Of a DNA stretch of 32,000 bases, positions 1 to 6,831 are shown piece by piece; the stretch's first letter is position 1; each line of letters opens with the position of its first letter. The notes beneath the pieces were generated by a model. The model was not told the DNA's origin and did no database searches. It saw nothing but the letters and a program-made list of their open reading frames with translations. Source of the stretch: Planctomycetales bacterium (GTDB lineage Bacteria; 4484-113; JAFGCY01); the NCBI GenBank assembly GCA_022646745.1, contig CP060262.1, forward strand, positions 3,180,001 to 3,212,000, given 5' to 3'. The position numbers and the translations under genes are program-made.

Positions 1-2
1 AT

Positions 3-158
3 CGAATTGGCAGCATTGAAGTCGGCAAGCAGGCCGACATCCTGATCCTCGACTGTGAGACACCCGAGGAGATTGCCTATCAGGTGGGCACAAACCTCGT
101 AAGCGATGTGATCGTGAATGGTGACCTGATAAAGCGTCACGGTGTGATGCTCTTCTGA
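3..158 (+). CDS. hutI: Imidazolonepropionase (amidohydrolase fold), C-terminal fragment; 5' end lies outside the window
   Basis: Frame 3 is open from the window edge to TGA at 156-158. The translation RIGSIEVGKQADILILDCETPEEIAYQVGTNLVSDVIVNGDLIKRHGVMLF carries the conserved C-terminal G-S-[IL]-E-x-GK-x-AD-[IL] segment of HutI-type amidohydrolases. hutH follows directly. The ORF is missing from the ORF track because it is edge-truncated. Confidence 0.7.
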   Translation, partial: RIGSIEVGKQADILILDCETPEEIAYQVGTNLVSDVIVNGDLIKRHGVMLF

Positions 159-188
159 CAACGGGGAAATCGAATACTGGAGATGGGA

Positions 189-1718
189 ATGACTGAAGTG
201 GTGCTCCGCGGCAGGAGCCTGACAATCGAGGATGTGGTGTCTGTGGCGAGGCATGGTGCTTCGCTCAGCATCGGCATAGAAGTTGAGGATGCCATCAACC
301 GCGCCCGAGAACTGGTGGAGAAGATGGTGCGTGACAACGTACCGGTCTATGGCGTGACAACCGGCATCGGCGAATTCGCCAGGGTGCGGATCGATCCCGA
401 GGACTGCGAAGAACTGCAGCGCCGCATCATCCGCAGCCACTGTGCCAGCACTGGTGATGTCCAGCCAGCTGAGGTGGTCAAGGCGGCGATGCTGCTGCGG
501 GCCCATACCCTGACGCGTGGACATAGCGGAGTGCGCCGGAAAGTGATTGACACCTACGTAGAGATGGTCAACCGAGGTGTCATTCCGGTGGTCTATGAAA
601 AGGGCAGCGTCGGCTGCAGCGGAGACCTGTCCCCGCTCAGCATGCTGGCGCTGGCAATCATCGGTGAGGGTGAGGCCTTCTATGAGGGTGAGCGGATGCA
701 CAGCGCAGAGGCCATGAAGCGTGCCGGGCTGGATGTGATCAACCCCAGTTACAAGGAAGGGCTGGGAATGATCAACGGCACCCAGATGATGGCCGGCGAG
801 GCCTGCCTGCAGCTGGTGGACACGATCAAACTCTACAAGCATGCCCTGCTGGCCTTTGCGATGGCCCTCGATGCCCTCCGCGCGGTGCAGCTGCCTTATG
901 ACCCTCGCGTGCATGCGATCCGTCCCTACCATGGCGCACAGGCCACGGCTCGTGCGTTGCGCCAGCTCTGGGATGGCAGCGGCATCATCGCCAACGGTAC
1001 CGGCAAGGTACAGGACGGGTACTCGATGCGCTGCACACCCCAAGTGATGGGTGCCAGCATCGACACCTTCCACCATGTACGCAGCCAGATCGAGACGGAG
1101 ATCAACTCAGTGATCGACAACCCGCTGTTCTTCCCGGATGACGACGTCTACCTAGCAGCAGGCAATTTCCACGGACAGCCGCTCGCGATGGCGATGGACT
1201 TCCTCGCGATTGCCACAGCCGAGGTTGCCAGCCTGTCCGAGCGGCATACAAACCGCCTGCTCAACCCTGCCCTGTCCAACGGCCTGCCAGACTTCCTCGT
1301 CGAGGGCAAAGGCCTAAACAGTGGCCTGATGGTGGCGCAGTACACCCAGGCTGCGCTGTGCAGCGAGAACCGGATCTACAGCCACCCGGCAGTTGTTGAC
1401 AACGTCAGTGTCAGTGCGGACCAGGAGGACCATGTGAACATGGGCCCGGTCGCAATCCGCAAGTACAAGGAAATGCTGAAGAACACGCAGACTGTGATTG
1501 CGATCGAGATGCTGTGTGCCGCCCAGGCGATGGACTTCCGCAGGCCGGATGTGCCGGGCAAGGGCACCGGGGCAGCATTTGACGAAATCCGCAGGCATAT
1601 CCCGTTCATGGCAGATGACAGGCCGCTGCAGGTTGACATCCTGAAGATGAATGAATTGCTGGATAGTGGTGAATTGCTGGCGGCGGCTGAAGCTGCAGCC
1701 GGCGAGATCATGCTGTGA
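189..1718 (+). CDS. hutH: Histidine ammonia-lyase (MIO-dependent aromatic amino acid lyase family)
   Basis: About 510 aa, matching the length and motifs of HAL: YGVTTGIGEF, RSHxxxxG, and GSVGCSGDLSPLS at the MIO-forming position, with Cys where Ala is usual. It lies downstream of hutI. GGAG at 179-182 favours the ATG at 189 (6-nt spacing) over the ATG at 183. Confidence 0.9.
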   Translation: MTEVVLRGRSLTIEDVVSVARHGASLSIGIEVEDAINRARELVEKMVRDNVPVYGVTTGIGEFARVRIDPEDCEELQRRIIRSHCASTGDVQPAEVVKAAMLLRAHTLTRGHSGVRRKVIDTYVEMVNRGVIPVVYEKGSVGCSGDLSPLSMLALAIIGEGEAFYEGERMHSAEAMKRAGLDVINPSYKEGLGMINGTQMMAGEACLQLVDTIKLYKHALLAFAMALDALRAVQLPYDPRVHAIRPYHGAQATARALRQLWDGSGIIANGTGKVQDGYSMRCTPQVMGASIDTFHHVRSQIETEINSVIDNPLFFPDDDVYLAAGNFHGQPLAMAMDFLAIATAEVASLSERHTNRLLNPALSNGLPDFLVEGKGLNSGLMVAQYTQAALCSENRIYSHPAVVDNVSVSADQEDHVNMGPVAIRKYKEMLKNTQTVIAIEMLCAAQAMDFRRPDVPGKGTGAAFDEIRRHIPFMADDRPLQVDILKMNELLDSGELLAAAEAAAGEIML

Positions 1719-2518
1719 GCCGCAAGACCCGCAGTGGAGACAAGGCCCGCACCGGTGTCTTGGTGACGGGCGCTAGCAGCGGGATCGGCGAGGCAATTGC
1801 GCTCGAGTTCGCGGCACGGGAGCATGACGTTTTCCTTGTTGCCAGGAATGAACAGCGACTGGCGGAACTGGCCCAACGCTGCCGCACGGAGTATTCCGTC
1901 AACGCGGCATATCTGGTATGCGACCTGTCGAAGCCTGATGCTGCTGAAATCGTCCACAACTGGATCCGCAAGCAAGGCTTCAGTGTGGATATCCTTGTCA
2001 ACAATGCGGGTTTCGATATCTTCGGTCCAGTCAGCGAAACGGATGCCAGGAATGAAAGCGAACTGCTGGCTGTTAACATCCATACCCTGACAATGCTGAC
2101 CAAGAAGTTCCTTCCGCGCATGATCAAACGAGGCCGCGGCCGGGTGCTCAACATTGGCAGCACAGGCAGCCTGATACCGACCCCGCTGAATGCCGTGTAC
2201 TGTGCCAGCAAGGCCTATGTGCTGAGTTTCAGCGCTGCCCTGTCAGAGGAATGCCTCGGTACGGGCGTGACTGTTACCTGTGCCTGCCCTGGTGCGACCA
2301 GATCACGGTTCCACGAGCGCGCGGGAATGGAAAAGGTTGTGCTGATGAAGTACCCAGTGATGGAAGCTCAAGCTGTTGCCAGGGCCAGTGTGAATGCCTG
2401 CCTGTCCGGTCGCCGCATGCTGGTAATCGGTAGCTTTAACAAGCTAAGCATGTACATCATGTCGCTTTTGCCGCTGGGCTGGCGTGTAAAGCTGGCAAAA
2501 CAGTTCACCAAACAATAG
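1715..2518 (+). CDS. Short-chain dehydrogenase/reductase (classical SDR)
   Basis: It has the TGASSGIGEAIA Rossmann motif (TGxxxGIG), NNAG, and the catalytic YCASK (YxxxK). The GTG start overlaps the hutH stop in a GTGA 4-nt overlap. Confidence 0.85.
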   Translation: MSRKTRSGDKARTGVLVTGASSGIGEAIALEFAAREHDVFLVARNEQRLAELAQRCRTEYSVNAAYLVCDLSKPDAAEIVHNWIRKQGFSVDILVNNAGFDIFGPVSETDARNESELLAVNIHTLTMLTKKFLPRMIKRGRGRVLNIGSTGSLIPTPLNAVYCASKAYVLSFSAALSEECLGTGVTVTCACPGATRSRFHERAGMEKVVLMKYPVMEAQAVARASVNACLSGRRMLVIGSFNKLSMYIMSLLPLGWRVKLAKQFTKQ

Positions 2519-2666
2519 TTGGCCGGGCAAAACGAAATAGAGCCAAAATCAGTCTATACAGTACAACGATGCGGCCAGATTCATTAACGTGAACCGTGGA
2601 AACCCTTTACGGCGGCTGCATCGTTCCGTTGGCAAGCAAACTGGCTGGGTTGGCAGGACCTCTTAA

Positions 2667-4739
2667 TCAGGTCTGGAAACCAAGCACCGCATCACGCAGC
2701 AGGATGGCAATATCCTTCACGGGCTTGTGCTCGTGGCCTTCCGCGTTGGCAGCGTCACTCATCATCACGTTGCAGAACGGACAGGCGACGGCCACCTGGT
2801 CTGCACCTGTCGCTGTCAGCTGGTCATAGCGCCATTCGTTGACACGTTCGCCGACCGTTTCCTCCATGAACATCCGGCCGCCGCCGGCACCACAGCAGAA
2901 GCCCTTGTCGCGGTTATATTGGGCTTCGACAAGCTGCACACCAGGCAGGCTGGCAACCACGCTGCGTGGTTCGTCGTAGACCTTGTTGTAACGCCCGAGG
3001 TAGCAGGAATCGTGGAACACGATCTTCTGATTGCCATTTGAATGCTGAGGCTTCAGCTTGCCTTCCTGTACGAGGCGGGTCAGCAGTTCGCTGTGGTGGA
3101 TCACTTCCTCGAATTCAACGCCGACCTGCTCATACTCGACCTTCAGGGTATTGAAGCAGTGTGGGCAGGTGGTGATCACCCGCTTGACACTGGCTTCCTT
3201 GAACTGCTCCGCGTTCATCTCCATCAATGCGTTGGCAAGGTACTCATGTCCAGCCCGGCGTGCCGGGTCGCCACTGCAGGCCTCTGAGCTGAGAACGGCG
3301 AAACTGACTCCGGCGTGGTTCAGCAGCTGCACAAGTGCGCGGGCCGTTTCCTTGTTTCGGTCGTCAAAACTGGACAGGCAGCCCACGAAGTAGATCCACT
3401 CCGCATCCGGCTTGTCCTCCAGCATCGGAACATCCAGACCCTCAGCCCATTCCATGCGGGTATGTGCCGGCAGGCCCCAGGGATTGCCCTGCCCCTCCAG
3501 TCCTTCAAACGCACCCTGCAGCTCCTTCGGGAAGCGCCCTTCCTCCTCGAGCACAAGGTGGCGGCGCATCTCCACGATTGGTGTTACATGTTCAATGAAC
3601 AGCGGGCAGTGTTCGTCACAAGCGCCGCAAGTGGTGCAGGCCCAGAGTGCTTCATCGGTATGCACGTCGCCAACCAGGCGCTGGCCGTTGAGCTCCTCGT
3701 CAGTCAGGCGTTCAATAACGGCAACTGCCGTACCACCTTCAACTTCAGAACCATTCTCCTGCTTACGGGCTGCAGCGAGCTTCAGCAGCAGGTCCGGCGT
3801 ATGCGCATACAGCATTTCGCGGGTGCCGATGATGATGTGCTTCGGGGACAGGCTCTTGCCGGTCCGGTTTGCCGGGCAGAAGTGGTCGCAGCGACCGCAT
3901 TCCGTGCAGCTGTAGGTATCCAGCCAGTTTCCCCAGTTGAGCTGCTGGATGTGGTGCACACCGAATTCCTCGATGTCGTCATCCTCGAAGTTGATTGCCG
4001 GAAGCTGGCCCTGCGGTTTCAAGTTGCGCAGGTAGACCGTGAAGAAGGACGTGATCACGTGGAAGTGCTTGCCAAGTGGCAGCAGGTTCAGGAAAAACAG
4101 CAATGCCAGGCAGTGCAGCCACCAGTTAACGGTGACTGTCAAGGCTGCTGAACCGGCGGGGATCATTGAGGCCATCCCCGTTTCGATGAATGACATCTGG
4201 TGGGCCGCATGCTCTCCGGCTGAAACCGCAGCGGCATTCATCAGGATGTCCGTCACCATCAGGGTGCCGATCAGGCCGAGGATAAGCACAGCCTCACTGC
4301 TTTGCGTTAAGCGCTTCGGCTTGAGGACCAGGCGGCGGAAGGCCGCATATATCACGGCCACCAGCACCAGTACTTCGACAAGGTCGCGCAGGAAGAGGTA
4401 GACCCCGCCAAGCATATCTTCGCGACCGAGCAGCGGGATATGCAGGTCCGCATTGGGGAAGAATCCTGCGACCAGGAAATGCAGGGTGTTGAGCATCAGC
4501 ACCATGAATCCCCAGAAGATCAGGAAGTGCATCAATCCTGCCGAGAAGTCCCCGCGCAAAAGCCGGGCCTGGCCAAACACATTGACCAGTACGCCGAGTA
4601 GTCGCTTGCCGACGTCTCCACGGGCATCCGTGCTCTGCGCAGCCTTCAGCACCCCGATGCGTGCATTCATGCTGCGGATGAAGAAGAACATCGCCGTGAT
4701 GAACACGACGCTGTAGGCAATGATGTGTACAACGGGCAT
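2667..4739 (-). CDS. Fused membrane / Fe-S oxidoreductase: an N-terminal polytopic NarI/DsrM-like domain plus a C-terminal HdrD/DsrK/GlpC-like domain (two 4Fe-4S motifs and two CCG cysteine-rich domains)
   Basis: The N-terminal ~235 aa contain 5-6 hydrophobic helices with conserved His (LMHFLIFWGF, LGKHFHVITSF). Ferredoxin motifs CTECGRCDHFCP and CTTCGACDEHCP follow. CCG-type motifs are also present: VGCLSSF, CPHCFNTL, DSCYLGR, FCCGAGGG and ACPFCNVMM. An AGGAAG SD lies 6 nt before the ATG. Confidence 0.85.
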   Translation of the reverse strand: MPVVHIIAYSVVFITAMFFFIRSMNARIGVLKAAQSTDARGDVGKRLLGVLVNVFGQARLLRGDFSAGLMHFLIFWGFMVLMLNTLHFLVAGFFPNADLHIPLLGREDMLGGVYLFLRDLVEVLVLVAVIYAAFRRLVLKPKRLTQSSEAVLILGLIGTLMVTDILMNAAAVSAGEHAAHQMSFIETGMASMIPAGSAALTVTVNWWLHCLALLFFLNLLPLGKHFHVITSFFTVYLRNLKPQGQLPAINFEDDDIEEFGVHHIQQLNWGNWLDTYSCTECGRCDHFCPANRTGKSLSPKHIIIGTREMLYAHTPDLLLKLAAARKQENGSEVEGGTAVAVIERLTDEELNGQRLVGDVHTDEALWACTTCGACDEHCPLFIEHVTPIVEMRRHLVLEEEGRFPKELQGAFEGLEGQGNPWGLPAHTRMEWAEGLDVPMLEDKPDAEWIYFVGCLSSFDDRNKETARALVQLLNHAGVSFAVLSSEACSGDPARRAGHEYLANALMEMNAEQFKEASVKRVITTCPHCFNTLKVEYEQVGVEFEEVIHHSELLTRLVQEGKLKPQHSNGNQKIVFHDSCYLGRYNKVYDEPRSVVASLPGVQLVEAQYNRDKGFCCGAGGGRMFMEETVGERVNEWRYDQLTATGADQVAVACPFCNVMMSDAANAEGHEHKPVKDIAILLRDAVLGFQT

Positions 4740-4820
4740 GTATCTGCTTCCTGACGGGCTTGCCGGCAGCGTGGCGCGTCAGCGCACGATCCCTGCAGCC
4801 TGCGACTGATTATAGTTTGT

Positions 4821-5999
4821 TCAGTCGAAGACCGGTACCTTGTCCTCGGGGTTGCGGCTGAGCACAGCATTCACTCCAATCCGCCTGTGCTCGGTCTCCA
4901 TCAGGCAGGCGCACAGCTCAGCTTCCAGCTGGCCAATTTCCTCATAGTTCGCGAAGATCTGGTCCTCAGACTTGCGGCTCCACTCATCGACGAATTTTGC
5001 TACGGCCTTGACCGCCAGCGGAGCGAGCGGCTTACCAAGCTTGACCACATCCTTCAGCGCTGATTTCGTGAGGGCCTTCAGTCCGTCCTTGTCGTCATCC
5101 TTGCGTAGGCGGCTGGCTTCCTTGGCCACCTTGTCATGCAGTTCGCGGTACTTCTCTGTATCCGTGCGATCCGCAATCTCCTGCTGCAGTTCCTTCAACA
5201 GCTTCTCACGGGCCTTTTCACCCTTGGCCCCGCCGGGAAACTCTGTGCTGCGCTTCAGTTCCTTCTTCTGTGTTGCAAGCTCCAGAGCAGCCACAAGCAG
5301 CATCGGTTCTGCAACTGCTACGTGTGCCTGCCAGGCAGCATCCCAGTCATCCGTGGCAACCGTCTTGCGATCCGGGCCATCCGGCGTATCCACTACTTGC
5401 TGGACGATGCCGAACTTGAGCATTTCCTTAGCAGTGAGCGTATTGCCGGTCTGCCCCATCCATTTGGCCCGCTCAGGGCCGCACTTGAGCAAGATATTGA
5501 GCACACCGTTCCAGCCGGGAATGATACCGAGCAGTACTTCCGATAGCTGGATCAGGGTGTCCTTGTCGCAGATTCCCCATTCGGCGAACAGTGGCCATTC
5601 AACGCTGCCTCCGTAGCGATCGCCGGTGAAGACGCCAATGGTCCGCATTCGCGGCCATAGTGACTTAACGCGTGTATCAAGTGAAGTGCCGCGGGAAAGG
5701 TGCCTGTGGATTGCATCGACATCACAATCACCCTTGAATTCAGTGATATCCGCACCAGCATGGATCACGTCGTAAGCGCCGGTGAAAACACAGTACTCCA
5801 GTGAAGCATCCTGTTCCAGTACAGTGATCGCTTCCTCCATTTCGAGCATGCCCTGTGTATCGACAGCGTGCAGCTTTGCGCGGTTCGGGTTCACATAACG
5901 CAACACCGCCCCACGCTTGCCGTTATGCTCAACGGCATTCACGGTGACATATCCCTTGGCACCAGCGTACAGCTGCTCTCCAGCTCGTTCTGCCGACAT
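4821..5999 (-). CDS. Enoyl-CoA hydratase/isomerase (crotonase) family protein with a long Lys/Glu-rich C-terminal extension
   Basis: Crotonase signatures are present: HAGADITEF, GGSVEWPLFAEWGICD and EVLLGIIPGWNG. The ORF is open to 6026 with a GTG start, but GGAGG followed 6 nt later by the ATG at 5999 (MSAERAG...) is the better start. Confidence 0.7.
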   Translation of the reverse strand: MSAERAGEQLYAGAKGYVTVNAVEHNGKRGAVLRYVNPNRAKLHAVDTQGMLEMEEAITVLEQDASLEYCVFTGAYDVIHAGADITEFKGDCDVDAIHRHLSRGTSLDTRVKSLWPRMRTIGVFTGDRYGGSVEWPLFAEWGICDKDTLIQLSEVLLGIIPGWNGVLNILLKCGPERAKWMGQTGNTLTAKEMLKFGIVQQVVDTPDGPDRKTVATDDWDAAWQAHVAVAEPMLLVAALELATQKKELKRSTEFPGGAKGEKAREKLLKELQQEIADRTDTEKYRELHDKVAKEASRLRKDDDKDGLKALTKSALKDVVKLGKPLAPLAVKAVAKFVDEWSRKSEDQIFANYEEIGQLEAELCACLMETEHRRIGVNAVLSRNPEDKVPVFD

Positions 6000-6084
6000 C
6001 AACATCCTCCGAATGATTCGTGACACGCAGTCCGCGGCTGAAGATTATCACACTCCCCGTCGCCGGTCTGCAGCTTGTTATCAT

Positions 6085-6597
6085 ATGCCCGTGTCCAGCA
6101 AAGGCAATAACTCAAACCGTAGCCTGCGTGAATGGCAGGCGAAGATGAACTGGGCCAGTGATGCTGAACGCAATGTATTCCTGCTGGCCTGCATCTGCTG
6201 CATCCTGCTGCCTCCGCTGGGCATCAGCTCTCTGGGCATCACGCTCAGTGGACTGCTGCTGCTGAGCCACCTGCTGCTGCTTCTTTACTGCGCAACCAAT
6301 GTGCAGCGCAAGTATGCGATCGCCTCAAACCTGCTTGTAATGATCTCGCTCGCCAACTTCCTGCTGGCCAATTACTCCGGACTGCGCCATTCGGATGTGC
6401 TCATATACGTATTCTGCGCGATGGCACTTATCAGCCTGCCCTTTGCTATTGCCGGCTATTCACGCAGCACCAGGAAGGCTGGCGAGCACGCTTCGCTTGC
6501 AAGGCAGGAGGATTTTCGCTGGATGCTCACGAGTGCCCCTCTGATGACCCGCTGGAAATTCCACGAAAAATTACGCGAGGAACAGGTCCTGCCCTGA
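6085..6597 (+). CDS. Hypothetical small integral membrane protein
   Basis: It has three or four strongly hydrophobic segments (VFLLACICCILLPPLGISSLGITLSGLLLLSHLLLLLYCA, LLVMISLANFLLANY, VLIYVFCAMALISLPFAIAGY). The ORF-track start at 5917 overlaps the crotonase gene, so I used the ATG at 6085; the ATG at 6145 is also possible. I recognise no family. Confidence 0.45.
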   Translation: MPVSSKGNNSNRSLREWQAKMNWASDAERNVFLLACICCILLPPLGISSLGITLSGLLLLSHLLLLLYCATNVQRKYAIASNLLVMISLANFLLANYSGLRHSDVLIYVFCAMALISLPFAIAGYSRSTRKAGEHASLARQEDFRWMLTSAPLMTRWKFHEKLREEQVLP

Positions 6598-6683
6598 GGG
6601 CAGTCCAGTACAGGGTTAAGGTTGCCTGGCGGCGCTTCCTTCCAGAAAACACGCGCTATTTTCACGAATTATCCCGTATTTCA

Positions 6684-6712
6684 TTGACACTACCCCAGCA
6701 CTGAGATATCAT
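6684..6712 (+). promoter_or_regulatory. Sigma-70-type promoter for tRNA-fMet
   Basis: TTGACA at 6684-6689, a 17-nt spacer, and TATCAT at 6707-6712. The mature tRNA 5' end lies 7 nt downstream at 6719. Confidence 0.55.
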
Positions 6713-6718
6713 TCCTGC

Positions 6719-6794
<76 letters not shown>

Positions 6795-6831
6795 AATCCC
6801 CACCTCAGACGATCCTCCCCTGTTGCCAGTT

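Noticed and set aside
2566-2624. An 11-bp-stem hairpin (ACGATGCGGCC ... GGCTGCATCGT) between the convergent SDR and Fe-S genes, as a possible bidirectional terminator.
   Set aside because: The loop is very large at about 37 nt, and there is no U-tract on either strand. I cannot support it as an intrinsic terminator, although it may still contribute to 3'-end formation.
5917-6084. N-terminal extension of the small membrane-protein ORF (ORF-track start 5917).
   Set aside because: The extension overlaps the 5' end of the crotonase gene on the other strand. It encodes a non-hydrophobic, Pro/Ala/Ser/Arg-rich stretch. The internal ATGs at 6085 and 6145 precede the membrane segments.
6241-6290. A CTG-rich run (ctgctgctgctg...ctgctgctgctt) as a possible microsatellite or contingency locus.
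   Set aside because: It is short and interrupted. It simply encodes a poly-Leu transmembrane segment (LLLLSHLLLLL) of the hypothetical membrane protein.
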